From a bacterium (GTDB lineage Bacteria; Zhuqueibacterota; Zhuqueibacteria; Residuimicrobiales; Krinioviventaceae): DNA of 64,000 bases. The position numbers were made by a program, and so were the translations under genes. The notes beneath the pieces were generated by a model. That model ran no database searches. It saw only the letters and a list, made by a program, of their open reading frames with translations, and was not told the DNA's origin. Below, one piece after another: positions 29,577 to 40,848 of this stretch (positions are counted from its first letter, which is position 1; each line of letters starts with the position of its first letter). The stretch covers positions 704,001-768,000 of the forward strand of contig CAXXMD010000002.1 in assembly GCA_963675755.2 (NCBI GenBank), given 5' to 3'.

Positions 29577-30710
29577 CTAGGATATCACAGAGTTTAAAGA
29601 TTCATAAGGCAAGTCAAATGCTTCAGCCACACTTTCATAAGTGATCTTGCCATCAATTATATTAATACCTGGTGCCAACTCTTCATTGTCCCTTAATGCC
29701 TTCAAAAATTCATTCTTGGGTAATTTTGATTTTTCAGCAATTTCAATGGCATATGGCAATGTTGCATTTGTTAAACCAATGGTTGAAGTCATTGGCACAG
29801 CTCCTGGCATATTCGCAACAGCATAGTGTATAACACCATCAATTACATATGTAGGATCCTGGTGAGTTGTTGGATGTATTGTTTCAACACATCCACCCTG
29901 GTCTACTGCAACATCAACAATTACAGTTCCAGGTCGCATAATCTTTAACATGTCTTTGGTGATTAAATTAGGAGCCTTGGCACCTGCAATCAAGACGGCT
30001 CCAATTACCAGATCAGCTGTACTAATTGATTCACGTACAGTATATGGACTTGATTTGATTGTGGTTACATTTTTGGGCATTACATCATCAAGATAGCGCA
30101 TACGGTCCAGATCAATATCAAGAATTGTAACATTTGCACCCATTCCGGCTGCCATTTTTGCTGCATTGGTACCAACAATACCACCACCTAAAATAACAAC
30201 ATGAGCAGGACGAACACCGGGTATACCACCTAATAAAATACCTCTTCCACCAAAATATTTTTCAAGATACTTGGCGCCTTCCTGAACAGCCATACGTCCG
30301 GCAACTTCACTCATGGGAATTAACAGAGGTAATGTACCATCCTCTTTTTCGACAGTTTCATAAGCAATACATGTAGCTTTGCTTTTAATCATTGCATCAG
30401 TCAATTCACGAGATGCTGCAAAATGAAAATAAGTAAATAATACTTGTCCCTCTCTGATCAAATCATATTCGGGTTTTAAAGGTTCCTTAACTTTCATGAT
30501 CATTTCAGAGCGATCAAAAATTTCTTTCGGGGTGTCTACAATTTCGGCACCAGCACTAATGTACACATCATCGGAAAAACCGCTTTCCACACCACCGTTC
30601 TTTTCAACAAGAACTTTGTGACCCTTTTGTACTAGGATTTCCACACCGGCAGGAACCAACGCTATACGATTTTCGTTGGTTTTAATTTCCTTTGGTACAC
30701 CGATAATCAT
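29577..30710 (-). CDS. ald: Alanine dehydrogenase
   Basis: MIIGVPKEIK, PMSEVAGR, GGGIVG, VAVDQGGC and VANMPGAVP motifs. Confidence 0.97.
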   Translation of the reverse strand: MIIGVPKEIKTNENRIALVPAGVEILVQKGHKVLVEKNGGVESGFSDDVYISAGAEIVDTPKEIFDRSEMIMKVKEPLKPEYDLIREGQVLFTYFHFAASRELTDAMIKSKATCIAYETVEKEDGTLPLLIPMSEVAGRMAVQEGAKYLEKYFGGRGILLGGIPGVRPAHVVILGGGIVGTNAAKMAAGMGANVTILDIDLDRMRYLDDVMPKNVTTIKSSPYTVRESISTADLVIGAVLIAGAKAPNLITKDMLKIMRPGTVIVDVAVDQGGCVETIHPTTHQDPTYVIDGVIHYAVANMPGAVPMTSTIGLTNATLPYAIEIAEKSKLPKNEFLKALRDNEELAPGINIIDGKITYESVAEAFDLPYESLNSVIS

Positions 30711-30726
30711 ACTGACCTCCAATATG

Positions 30727-31986
30727 TTAACATGGCGTTAACATGGTTAAAGTAAAGTTAGACTCGGTAAACACCTGATTTGCTAAATCTGTCAAATCAT
30801 TTGGAGTTACGGCGTCAATTTTTTGAATTATAGTTTCAATTGAATTATGATGCCCACTATATATTTCATTCTCCCCTATTTTTCTCATACGTCGGCCGCT
30901 GCTTTCAAGACCAAGTATTAAATTGCCTTTTACATGAGACTTGATTTTATCAAGTTCGATATTACTGATTGGCTTTTTAAGAATTTTGTTAAACTCGCTT
31001 TTAACCAATTCAATGGATTGATCAATTTTGTCCTGAGCACAAGCCATATATACACCAAAAACTCCGGTATCGCGCATAATATCTGTAAAGCTGTATACAT
31101 TATAAGCGAAACCATATTTTTCACGTATATTTTGAAACAAGCGTGAACTCATTCCACCACCCAACAATATATCCAGCAATACTAGTGGATATTTTCTATC
31201 GTCATTATAACCAAATGTACGAACTCCCAAACATAAATGTCCCTGTTGTACGGTATCCAATTTAATATCATTAAATTTTACATTTGGAGATTCAATATAA
31301 GCTGGGAAATTTGTAAATTCAGAAAAAACAGCTTTTTCAAAATACTTTTTCACCAAATCTACAAATTGCTCATGTTCTACATTTCCCGCTGCTGCAACAA
31401 CAATTTTACTTGTTGTATATTGAGCATGCAAATAATTTCTCAATTCTTGTGAATCAAAACGAGATACATTTTCCTGTGAACCATATATAAAATAACCCAG
31501 GGGATGATCAGAGTATAAATCCTGATAAAAGTTATCCAATAATAACTCTTCAGGGTCTTCTAACGCATGGTTAATTTCTGCTAGAATAACCTGGCTTTCC
31601 AGTTTTATATCTTTGCTGTCCATCTTGGGATTAATTATAATATCGGAGAGAATATCTACTGCAATTTCCGTGTGTTCATCAAGAGAATGTGCTGTATATA
31701 GACTTATCTCTTTACCGGTTGAGCCATTCAAGCCGCCACCTACAGCTTCCAGACTTGAGGCAATTTCCCGGGCACTACGTGTATGCGTTCCTTTAAAGAG
31801 CATGTGCTCTAAAAAATGTGAGATACCGTTATTCTGCAACGTTTCGTTGCACGAGCCCACATTCACCCATACACCCATTGAAACCGAACGTACAAATGGC
31901 ATTCGCTCAGTTACGACGCGAATGCCATTATCAAGAACAGTTCGATTTACTGTATTGTTGAAATCAACATTTTCTAATACTGACAT
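30727..31986 (-). CDS. M16 (pitrilysin) family peptidase
   Basis: HFLEHMLFKG and GGGMSSRLFQNIREKYG motifs; typical location downstream of pnp. Confidence 0.95.
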   Translation of the reverse strand: MSVLENVDFNNTVNRTVLDNGIRVVTERMPFVRSVSMGVWVNVGSCNETLQNNGISHFLEHMLFKGTHTRSAREIASSLEAVGGGLNGSTGKEISLYTAHSLDEHTEIAVDILSDIIINPKMDSKDIKLESQVILAEINHALEDPEELLLDNFYQDLYSDHPLGYFIYGSQENVSRFDSQELRNYLHAQYTTSKIVVAAAGNVEHEQFVDLVKKYFEKAVFSEFTNFPAYIESPNVKFNDIKLDTVQQGHLCLGVRTFGYNDDRKYPLVLLDILLGGGMSSRLFQNIREKYGFAYNVYSFTDIMRDTGVFGVYMACAQDKIDQSIELVKSEFNKILKKPISNIELDKIKSHVKGNLILGLESSGRRMRKIGENEIYSGHHNSIETIIQKIDAVTPNDLTDLANQVFTESNFTLTMLTPC

Positions 31987-31999
31987 ATAATATTTTATA

Positions 32000-34078
32000 T
32001 TATTCTTCTAATAAGACCTTACGGCTCAATACCATTTTACCGTCAGGTTCAATTTTCAATAATTTAACTTTGATTACTTCACCAACTTTGAGTACATCTT
32101 CAACTTTGGCGACACGCTTTGTGTCAATTTGTGATATATGCAAAAGTCCTTCTTTTCCTGGAAGAATTTCAACAAAAGCACCAAAATTGGTAATCTTTTT
32201 AACTTTGCCTTCATATACAGTATCAGGTTCAGGTGCTGCTGTCAGATCTTTAACACGTTGGTAAGCTTTTTCACCAGCTTCCTGATCTACTGATGCAATG
32301 GTCACTGTACCATCATCATCAATATTTACGGTTGCACCGGTAGTTTCGGTAATATCACGTATGGTTTTACCTCCGGGTCCAATCACCGTACCAATTGCAT
32401 CAACTGGAACTTTGATAGTCAAAATTCGGGGTGCATGGGTTGATAATTCTTGTCGGGGTTCCGGTAAAACAGCTGTCATTTTGTCAAGCAAAAAGAAACG
32501 AGCATCTTTGGCTTTTTGAAGAGCATTTTTCATGATCTCAGGGGAAATTCCTTTGATCTTGATGTCCATCTGCACTGCGGTAATACCTTCATGGTTACCA
32601 GCAACTTTGAAATCCATATCTCCAAAGTGATCTTCATCACCCAGAATATCGGTCAAAATAGCTACTGTATCACCTTCTTTAATCAACCCCATTGCAATAC
32701 CAGCAACATGGCTTTTGATTGGCACACCGGCATCCATTAAGGATAGTGAACCAGCACAAACGGTAGCCATTGATGAAGAACCATTAGATTCCATTACATC
32801 TGAAACAATACGTAATGTATAAGGAAATACCTTTTCAGTAGGTATAACTGCTTTAATTGCGCGTTCAGCCAGGTTACCATGACCAACTTCTCTACGGCTA
32901 AGACCACGAATAGGTTTCACTTCACCAGTACAAAATGGTGGAAAGTTGTAATGGAGCATATAGTTTTTCCAAAATTCACCTTCCAGGCCTTCAATGCGTT
33001 GTTCATCAATTTTAGTACCCAAAGTACTTGTAGCCAATGCCTGAGTCTGACCACGTTGGAACAATGCTGAACCGTGAACTCTTGGAAGTAATCCAACTTC
33101 AATATAAATATCACGGATTTCATCCAAGGAACGTCCATCAAGACGTTTACCTTCTTCAAGAATATTCTTTCTCAAAATTTCTTTTTCAAGATCATGGAAA
33201 ATATTCTTTATACGTTTTTCCTTTTCAGGAAATTCTTCTGCCAATTGTTCAAGAATATCAGTGACCAAATCTTTCAAAGCTGTATTACGTTCATCTTTTT
33301 CTTTAATTTCCAAACATTCTGGCAATTTAGAAGCACTTAATTCTTTAATTCTATTTTCAAGTTCAGAAAAATCTTCTGGTTCAGGTATTTCCAGTTTAGG
33401 CTTACCTGCTTCTTTAACCATCTCTTCCTGATATGCGATGATTTTCTTAATTTCTTCATGACCGAAACTTAGAGCTTCAAGCATTTCTTCTTCTGAAATT
33501 TCTAAAGCTTCACCTTCAACCATGGTAATTGAATCTTTGGAAGCAGCAATTACAAGGTCCATATCGCTGGCAGCTTTTTGCTCAAAGGTAGGATTCACAA
33601 CAAATTTACCATCTATTCTACCAACTCTTGCACCGGCAATTGGGCCTTCAAAAGGAATATTTGATAAACTTAATGCCAAAGATGCTGCAGTAATACCTAA
33701 AACATCGGCATCATTTTCACGGTCAGCAGAAAGAACCATAACCATGATCTGTACTTCATTCAAAAAATTATCTGGAAACAAAGGTCTTATTGGACGATCG
33801 ATTAATCGGGCACTTAGAATTTCTGTATCAGAAGGACGACCCTCACGTTTCAGAAAGCCTCCTGGAATTTTACCTACCGCATATGCTTTTTCCCGATAAT
33901 CAACGGACAATGGGAAAAAGTCCTGATCGGGTGGTGCATCTTTGGAACATACCGCAGTTGCATGCACAACAGTTTCACCCAATTGTACCCATGCAGCACC
34001 ATTGGCCTGTTTAGCCAGTTTTCCGGTTTCCAGGATAAAAGGTTGGCCATTAAGGTCGTATTGTTTTTTATGAATCAT
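32000..34078 (-). CDS. pnp: Polyribonucleotide nucleotidyltransferase
   Basis: KIPGGFLKREG, RLIDRPIRP, ESNGSSSMA and GDMDFKVAG motifs; KH and S1 domains. Confidence 0.99.
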   Translation of the reverse strand: MIHKKQYDLNGQPFILETGKLAKQANGAAWVQLGETVVHATAVCSKDAPPDQDFFPLSVDYREKAYAVGKIPGGFLKREGRPSDTEILSARLIDRPIRPLFPDNFLNEVQIMVMVLSADRENDADVLGITAASLALSLSNIPFEGPIAGARVGRIDGKFVVNPTFEQKAASDMDLVIAASKDSITMVEGEALEISEEEMLEALSFGHEEIKKIIAYQEEMVKEAGKPKLEIPEPEDFSELENRIKELSASKLPECLEIKEKDERNTALKDLVTDILEQLAEEFPEKEKRIKNIFHDLEKEILRKNILEEGKRLDGRSLDEIRDIYIEVGLLPRVHGSALFQRGQTQALATSTLGTKIDEQRIEGLEGEFWKNYMLHYNFPPFCTGEVKPIRGLSRREVGHGNLAERAIKAVIPTEKVFPYTLRIVSDVMESNGSSSMATVCAGSLSLMDAGVPIKSHVAGIAMGLIKEGDTVAILTDILGDEDHFGDMDFKVAGNHEGITAVQMDIKIKGISPEIMKNALQKAKDARFFLLDKMTAVLPEPRQELSTHAPRILTIKVPVDAIGTVIGPGGKTIRDITETTGATVNIDDDGTVTIASVDQEAGEKAYQRVKDLTAAPEPDTVYEGKVKKITNFGAFVEILPGKEGLLHISQIDTKRVAKVEDVLKVGEVIKVKLLKIEPDGKMVLSRKVLLEE

Positions 34079-34152
34079 TATTCCTCCATTCGAATTCAAT
34101 ACCCGATTTAAACTATTTTACAGGTATATGAACAATAGCACTGTGCTATTAA

Positions 34153-35493
34153 TTAATTCACTGCTTGTTCAGCAGTTTCCAACAAATCTGTTAATTCAGG
34201 CTCAAATTTTTCCAACTTGAGTGCGTTAAACAGATAAACAGAAGCTTTTTCTGTTGTTTTGATATATTTTTTATCATCTTTTGACTTGCCAATATGGAGC
34301 TCCAGGAGTAGATTATCATCCTGGAATAACTTGCAAATTACATTTGGTGTTTTTAATCCATACTGAGCAAGAGATGATGGATTATCAGCTACAAAATCAT
34401 CTACAGTCATACGTGATGCTTCGCGTACAATGCCCATCATTTTCCAATTTCTTGCTTTGGCATTATTTTCTGATTCTACGAACCAGGTATCAGATGTATC
34501 TTTAACACAAACCAGATGTTGTTTATTGTATAATAATTCAACTTTATTTACAAAATCAGAATTAATATCTGTAATTTGCTTGTTTCTGAAAGCAGAAACT
34601 GGTGCAAGGAACCTGCCTACAAAAGTTGTATCAACCAAAAATATATTGGTTTTTAATTCATCTTTAACATAGCACTTGTTACCTACTCGATTACCAACAA
34701 GCAAAGTTTTTACAGATTGATTATCACCTAAAATAAAATTGAGCTTCATTGAAGGTTTTGATAATCCATATTTAGACAATGGATCAGGATTATCAATAAA
34801 CTCTTTAACATGTTCGCTATTCAACGAGTTGGTTATTGCGCTTATCTTTGTAGAAGCAACCTCCCACTCTACCGGTGATGTAATGTTCCAGGTAGCTCCA
34901 TTATTTTTCAAATCAATTGTATTATATTTATTTTGGATCTTGATTTCACTAAGCATAGAGCTTTCAATATCCAATAATTTCTTGTCTCGCATATCAAAGA
35001 GTGTTTTTTCCAAAAAAGTTCCAAGACTGGTTGTTGTTAAAAACACATCATTACTTCCAGAACGTCTGGCAAATAAATTGGCTTCTGTTGGTGTCTTGTC
35101 ACCAATGAAAAATGTATCTAAAACACTCTCGTGTCCTATAATTAATTTTCCTTTGGCAGGAGACAAACCAAAATTTGAATATTGAGAAGGGTCTGAAGAG
35201 ACAGTGCGTTCCATATTTGCCCATCCAAACAAGCTAGTAATAGAATTAACAGCACTATTGTCAGCTGCATATTCAATTGGTTTGGAAATTTTCCAGTTAT
35301 TAACATCTTTAACAAGATGTATACCCAAAGGTTCAATTATTATTTGATCTATAATTTCTTTTTCAACTGTTAACAGTTTTCCTGCTATCTGTTCCTGCTC
35401 TTTTTTTTCTTTATCCGATTTATTTAAAAATAGTACGGTTGCAACACCTATAGCAAAAACGATAGCCATAACAAGTGTTGTTTTAAAATTCAT
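34153..35493 (-). CDS. DUF4340 domain protein
   Basis: N-terminal TM plus three repeats with (Y/F)GLxxP and IG motifs; follows GldG-like gene. Confidence 0.8.
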   Translation of the reverse strand: MNFKTTLVMAIVFAIGVATVLFLNKSDKEKKEQEQIAGKLLTVEKEIIDQIIIEPLGIHLVKDVNNWKISKPIEYAADNSAVNSITSLFGWANMERTVSSDPSQYSNFGLSPAKGKLIIGHESVLDTFFIGDKTPTEANLFARRSGSNDVFLTTTSLGTFLEKTLFDMRDKKLLDIESSMLSEIKIQNKYNTIDLKNNGATWNITSPVEWEVASTKISAITNSLNSEHVKEFIDNPDPLSKYGLSKPSMKLNFILGDNQSVKTLLVGNRVGNKCYVKDELKTNIFLVDTTFVGRFLAPVSAFRNKQITDINSDFVNKVELLYNKQHLVCVKDTSDTWFVESENNAKARNWKMMGIVREASRMTVDDFVADNPSSLAQYGLKTPNVICKLFQDDNLLLELHIGKSKDDKKYIKTTEKASVYLFNALKLEKFEPELTDLLETAEQAVN

Positions 35494-35547
35494 CCAGATA
35501 ATCTCCACAATTTATTTAACTGGTTGCTACCCACTATTTGAAACAAA

Positions 35548-35577
35548 AATACTGCCGGTAACTAAACCGGCAGTATT
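35548..35577 (-). terminator. Hairpin between gldG-like gene and DUF4340 gene
   Basis: AATACTGCCGGT-AACTAA-ACCGGCAGTATT with a short T run on the minus strand. Confidence 0.6.
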
Positions 35578-35580
35578 GGA

Positions 35581-37134
35581 TTATTTTCGCTTAACGTATA
35601 CAACAATTCCAGTAACAAAAATCAATACGGGTAATAAAATTACACCCAAATACAGAATCAATCTTGATTGTTTCTGCGTTAAATTTAAACGCCGGTCTTC
35701 AGGATTCTTAGGACGAACTGATATCAGATCTTCCTCTTCTGCTAACCAGCTTATCGTATTCATAAACAAATCATTGTTTCCCTGCACGCTTAGGTAACTG
35801 TCACTCGCAAAATCTGCATCACCAAAAACTGCAATCCTGGATTTGAACTCTTTAATCTCTCCATTATCAGGAGCATATGCAGGGTTCACAACAGATTTCT
35901 CACATACTGCGAAAACAGTTACAGGACCTTTAATATCTTGACCTTCTTCAAAAGAAACCCGATCAGACACAATGGGACTGGTTTCTGCCCAACTTTGAGG
36001 ACTTGTTTGAGCAATAGCAGTAAATGTAATATCTGGTGCTTTATCCGGATTTTCAGAGATTGATCTTGCAAGCGGGAAAAATGTCATTACATTAAAATCT
36101 TTAGAGATAGTATGTTCTCCATACTTGGAAACGATTGGTATTGTTGGGCCTGCTCCAAAGAGTTGACCAATACCAGATGCGTCTACCACTATATCATCAC
36201 CAATAATAAAACCATATTTAGCTAAAAAGTCATTATAACCTGATGGAGAATCACTATCAATCAGGAACATGGCTTTTCCACCCTTGGCCAAATAGTTGGT
36301 GATTTTTTCTTTTTCAATATCAAATAATTCTGTTTTAGGATCAGCAATAATCAATACACTACAATCATCCGGAATTGGATTCTGAGGATTTATAGCAAGT
36401 ATCAATTCACTAATCTGATAATTTTCATCTAAAATAGATTGTTTGGCTTTGGTGTAACCAGTTTGAGATGCATTATCAAAATCTCTTTCACCATGCCCTT
36501 TAGAATAGTAGATTTTTTTAATTCTATCACGTGTAACAGTGATAAGTGCGTTGGTTATTTCCTCTTCAGTAACATTATTAATTCTTTCCTGCTTGCCTGC
36601 ACAATCAAAAATAATGGTACCATAAGATTTAACATTCAAGTTTTTAGTAATACCTGGTTTTTTATCAGGATCAACAAACTCGTATTTCAATTTAGACGTG
36701 AAATGAGAATACTCGTCAAGCATTTCCTGTAAACGAGCTTCTTCACCTGTTTTAAAGAAACCCGTAATTTTAACATCTTTATCCAAATTTTCCAAAACTT
36801 TGCGGGTTTGTTCAGCAAGGCTGAAAAATTTAGAAGCAGTTAAATCTGCCCGATACGAAAAACGAGCAAAAAGTATATTAACAACGATTACAATACCTAA
36901 AACAAAAATGATCATAAAAGCTGCATTTGTACCAAATTTTGTTGATCTACTGTTTAATCCTGTTTTAATGGTATTGAATTTTAAAATAATAAAAGCTAAA
37001 AGTAAAACGAATCCGGTTCCAAGCAATACCCAATTAAGTACACCCATAACCAGATTAATAGAATATATAATCAAGCCCAGCAGGACTAATGCAAGTCCTA
37101 ACCAGCCAGCAATATTTGCATATTTTTTAATCAT
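35581..37134 (-). CDS. GldG family ABC auxiliary protein
   Basis: DLTASKFFSL, FVDPD, GHGE, GDADF and WLAEEEDLISVRPK motifs; C-terminal TM. Confidence 0.88.
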   Translation of the reverse strand: MIKKYANIAGWLGLALVLLGLIIYSINLVMGVLNWVLLGTGFVLLLAFIILKFNTIKTGLNSRSTKFGTNAAFMIIFVLGIVIVVNILFARFSYRADLTASKFFSLAEQTRKVLENLDKDVKITGFFKTGEEARLQEMLDEYSHFTSKLKYEFVDPDKKPGITKNLNVKSYGTIIFDCAGKQERINNVTEEEITNALITVTRDRIKKIYYSKGHGERDFDNASQTGYTKAKQSILDENYQISELILAINPQNPIPDDCSVLIIADPKTELFDIEKEKITNYLAKGGKAMFLIDSDSPSGYNDFLAKYGFIIGDDIVVDASGIGQLFGAGPTIPIVSKYGEHTISKDFNVMTFFPLARSISENPDKAPDITFTAIAQTSPQSWAETSPIVSDRVSFEEGQDIKGPVTVFAVCEKSVVNPAYAPDNGEIKEFKSRIAVFGDADFASDSYLSVQGNNDLFMNTISWLAEEEDLISVRPKNPEDRRLNLTQKQSRLILYLGVILLPVLIFVTGIVVYVKRK

Positions 37135-37916
37135 CTTCCCCTCCATCTGGCAGATTCAATCGATATAAAAGAAAGGAATAGACCCATAAAAATAAAACTG
37201 ATATAAAAGATAATATGTTTTGTGTCAATTACACCTTTGGCAAAATCATCAAAATGTTCAATAAGAGAAAAATTTGATAGTATTTTACCAACTTCCGGAT
37301 TCACAAAGCTGGATACCCAACCAATGGCCCAAAAGAACAAAATAAAAGTAACAGTACTGACAGCTGCTATGATTTGATTATCGGTAATAGTTGAGAAAAA
37401 TAACCCAAACGAAACATATGATAATCCCAATAACAACATGCCAAGATAACCACTAAAAATGGGACCCATTTCAGGATTACCAAAAATCATTAATAACAAC
37501 ATATAGATAAAAGATGCTGCAAGCATGATAATAAAAAGCAATGCTGCTGCAGAAAATTTCCCAAAAATGGATTGAAAATTGGTAACTGGGGATGTAGATA
37601 ATAGTTCAATAGTACCTGTACGTTTTTCATCCGAAAATAAACGCATTGTTACAAGTGGAAGAAAAAATAATGCAAAAAGGCTCATATTATGAAAAACAGG
37701 GCGAATAGCCATCATATTGACATTCAACTTGGGAGGTGCCATTTGATAGTATTGAGTCTGCATGTCCGCTTGCATACACATTTGAACAAAATTTGAAATA
37801 ATTAAATAAAAGAATAATCCGGAAAGTAATAGAAATAGTCCAATTACAACATATGCAATTGGAGATGCAAAGTAGGATTTCAACTCCCGATTCATAATTG
37901 CAATATAGTTTCTCAT
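37131..37916 (-). CDS. ABC permease (GldF-like)
   Basis: RELKSYFASPIAY, TMRLFSDEKRTGTIELL and HFDDFAKG motifs. Confidence 0.9.
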   Translation of the reverse strand: MRNYIAIMNRELKSYFASPIAYVVIGLFLLLSGLFFYLIISNFVQMCMQADMQTQYYQMAPPKLNVNMMAIRPVFHNMSLFALFFLPLVTMRLFSDEKRTGTIELLSTSPVTNFQSIFGKFSAAALLFIIMLAASFIYMLLLMIFGNPEMGPIFSGYLGMLLLGLSYVSFGLFFSTITDNQIIAAVSTVTFILFFWAIGWVSSFVNPEVGKILSNFSLIEHFDDFAKGVIDTKHIIFYISFIFMGLFLSFISIESARWRGR

Positions 37917-38863
37917 TCTACGGTTCCCTCCTCTTTGGTTGTCAATTGCAGGAACACATCTTCAAGACTAATATCTTGTGATTTTTGTTCATACAATGAC
38001 CATCCGTTTTCTACAATGGTCTTTGCGACAAGAGGTCTTATTTCAACTGACGAACTGGATTCAATAATAATTGAACCTTGTTCTGGGTTGGTTCCTTGTT
38101 CTGTACGGATAGTATCTATACCTTCAATACTACTCAGTTTGGATTCAATATCCATCAAGGGGCCCCCTACCTGAATTGTCAGTTGTTGGGAACCGGCAAG
38201 GTTTTTGGTCAAGTTTTCAGGAGTATCTTCTGCCACAACCTTGCCTTTATTGATGATAACCACACGCTCACATGTCATACTCACTTCCGGGAGTATGTGT
38301 GTGCTTAAAATAATGGTGTGATCACCAGCCAGACTTTTTATCAACTCACGAACCTCTATGATCTGTTTTGGATCAAGACCAACAGTAGGTTCGTCTAAAA
38401 TCAACACTTCGGGATTATGAACCAACGCCTGGGCCAACCCAACGCGTTGCTTGTATCCCTTAGATAGATGCTTAATAACCCGATTACTTACATGGGTAAT
38501 ATCGGTTTTACCCATTGCATCATCAACAGCTTTTTTACTTTGCTTTGCTTCAACACCTTTAATTTTTGCAACAAATGAGAGATAATCTTTTACTCGCATT
38601 TCCTGATATAACGGTGGTGTTTCAGGCAAATAACCAATACGTTTTCGTACTTGCATGGATTGTTCATGCACATCAAAACCGGCAACGGATGCAGTCCCTG
38701 TTGTTGCAGGTAGATAGGTTGTTAAAATACGCATGGTGGTAGTTTTACCAGCTGCGTTCGGGCCTAAAAATCCCAAAATTTCACCTTTTTCTACCTGAAA
38801 GGAGATATTGTCCACAGCTGCAAACCGGCCATAATAACGTGATATGCCTTTCACGTCAATCAT
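37913..38863 (-). CDS. ABC ATP-binding protein (GldA-like)
   Basis: GPNAAGKTT, LSKGYKQR and LDEPT motifs. Confidence 0.95.
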   Translation of the reverse strand: MIDVKGISRYYGRFAAVDNISFQVEKGEILGFLGPNAAGKTTTMRILTTYLPATTGTASVAGFDVHEQSMQVRKRIGYLPETPPLYQEMRVKDYLSFVAKIKGVEAKQSKKAVDDAMGKTDITHVSNRVIKHLSKGYKQRVGLAQALVHNPEVLILDEPTVGLDPKQIIEVRELIKSLAGDHTIILSTHILPEVSMTCERVVIINKGKVVAEDTPENLTKNLAGSQQLTIQVGGPLMDIESKLSSIEGIDTIRTEQGTNPEQGSIIIESSSSVEIRPLVAKTIVENGWSLYEQKSQDISLEDVFLQLTTKEEGTVE

Positions 38864-38916
38864 TCGAAAACCTCCTTTCTAATGGTAAATGATAGCTAAA
38901 AAATGAGAATAATAAT

Positions 38917-39186
38917 TTAGCGACGAATACCTAATTTTTTGATCAAAGAACGGTATTCTTCAATATCATTATCTTTGAGATAATCTAGCATTCTTCTGCG
39001 TTTACCAACCAATTTCAGCAAACCTCTTCTTGAATGATGATCTTTAGAATGAGTTTGAAAATGTTTTGTTAAATCGTTTATACGTTCGGTTAAAATTGCA
39101 ACCTGTACTTCGGTATTACCAGTATCGTTGCTGTTTGCACCAAATTCTTCAACAAGTTGCTGTTTTCTTTCATTTGTTACGGGCAT
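38917..39186 (-). CDS. rpsO: 30S ribosomal protein S15
   Basis: [10 protein letters not shown] and KDHHSRRGL motifs. Confidence 0.99.
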   Translation of the reverse strand: MPVTNERKQQLVEEFGANSNDTGNTEVQVAILTERINDLTKHFQTHSKDHHSRRGLLKLVGKRRRMLDYLKDNDIEEYRSLIKKLGIRR

Positions 39187-39206
39187 TTAAAACCTCCAAC
39201 CATTGT

Positions 39207-40142
39207 TTACAATTGCTTTAATATTTCAAAAGCTGTTTCTTTGTCGTGTTTGATTTGTGGTAATAATTCATGTGCTGAATTAAACTTGATATCATCTCTT
39301 ATAAACTTTGTAAAGTATAATTCAACATGTTTGTTATAAATATCTCTATCAAAGTCATAAATATGAGCTTCAATAACCTTGTGAGATAAATTAAAAGTTG
39401 GTCTGGGACCAACATAAGTTACTGAATTAAAAATTTCACCGTCAATTTTTATATGTGTAGCATACACACCTTCTTTAGGAATGAGTTTATATTGAGAATA
39501 TGGTTTTAAATTGGCTGTTGGATACCCCAACTCGCGACCACGTCCATCACCTTTAACTATTTGCCCGGTAATGGAATATTCTCTACCCAAAAGATTTGAA
39601 GCTTTTTCAACATTACCTTCATAAACAAGCTTACGAACCAGTGTACTGCTTACTATTTCATCTTTGATTGTAACCGGTGATAAAGATTCAAGTGAAAAAT
39701 CATTATCTTTACCGAAATCAGATAATAAATCAATATTACCTTGACGATTTTTTCCAAAAGAATGATCATGACCAATAATTATTCGCTTCATATGAAGCTT
39801 TTCAAGCAAAATCTGTGTAATAAATTCTTCGGCAGTCATGGAAGCAAACGCACTGGTAAAATTAGTAACAATCAACCTGTCTAGCCCCATGCTCTCCAAT
39901 AGTTTTGATTTTTCTTCAATTGTCGTTAATAGATTTAAAGGTATTTTTCCACGGTTTCCAACAACCAAACCGGGGTGGGGTTCAAAGGTTACAAGAGTAG
40001 ATTTTGCATTTAATGATTTTGCACCGGCAACAAGATTTGTAATAATTTCTTGATGCCCTTTATGTATACCATCAAAGGTGCCAACGGTTACAACGCTGTC
40101 ACTTTGTGGAAAAATATTGTTAAAATCCCAGATCGTTTCCAA
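39207..40142 (-). CDS. ribF: Riboflavin kinase/FAD synthetase
   Basis: GTFDGIHKGH, SSTLVR, GYPTAN and EAHI motifs. Confidence 0.97.
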   Translation of the reverse strand: METIWDFNNIFPQSDSVVTVGTFDGIHKGHQEIITNLVAGAKSLNAKSTLVTFEPHPGLVVGNRGKIPLNLLTTIEEKSKLLESMGLDRLIVTNFTSAFASMTAEEFITQILLEKLHMKRIIIGHDHSFGKNRQGNIDLLSDFGKDNDFSLESLSPVTIKDEIVSSTLVRKLVYEGNVEKASNLLGREYSITGQIVKGDGRGRELGYPTANLKPYSQYKLIPKEGVYATHIKIDGEIFNSVTYVGPRPTFNLSHKVIEAHIYDFDRDIYNKHVELYFTKFIRDDIKFNSAHELLPQIKHDKETAFEILKQL

Positions 40143-40157
40143 TTTCAGTATAATCCA

Positions 40158-40832
40158 TTAAAAACTGTTTTTATGCAAATAATTATTAACATCATTTATT
40201 TCTGTAGCAGACGTCAAAGCAAAATCACCAATTCGCACTCGAGTCAATTTTTGTAAATATCCACAAGTATTTAAATAGTTGCAAATATCTTGTGCCAGAG
40301 TACGAATATAAGTGCCTTTAGAACAGGTAACTTGCATTTTAACGTGAGCAGTTGAAATTTGTTTCAAATTCAATTTATAAATTGTAATTTTTCTTTTTTC
40401 CAGTTCAACTTTTCCACCATTTCTTACAATTTCATAAGATCGTCTGCCATTGACTTTTAAAGCTGAAAAGTCTGGTGGAATTTGCTCAATAATGCCTGTG
40501 AAATGTTCACTGGTTTTACGCAACAAATCTTCATCAAGTTCAACCAGATCACAAGTTTTCACAATGTTACCGGAAACATCTAATGTATCAGTTTCAGAAC
40601 CCAGATAAATATCTGCTTCATATTCCTTTTCCGAGTCCATCAATTCACTTACTCGTTTGGTAGCCCGACCAACACAGACGAGCAATACTCCATCTGCAAA
40701 TGGATCAAGTGTACCTGCATGCCCAACTTTAAAATTTGGGAAAATGCGCTTAACGTACCGGACTGCATCGTTAGATGACCAACCAATAGGTTTATTAATA
40801 TTTAATACAATATCCGGCTTTTCATCAATCAT
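40158..40832 (-). CDS. truB: tRNA pseudouridine(55) synthase
   Basis: KVGHAGTLDPFA and CSKGTYIRTL motifs. Confidence 0.97.
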   Translation of the reverse strand: MIDEKPDIVLNINKPIGWSSNDAVRYVKRIFPNFKVGHAGTLDPFADGVLLVCVGRATKRVSELMDSEKEYEADIYLGSETDTLDVSGNIVKTCDLVELDEDLLRKTSEHFTGIIEQIPPDFSALKVNGRRSYEIVRNGGKVELEKRKITIYKLNLKQISTAHVKMQVTCSKGTYIRTLAQDICNYLNTCGYLQKLTRVRIGDFALTSATEINDVNNYLHKNSF

Positions 40833-40848
40833 AAATTCAAAAACTTGG

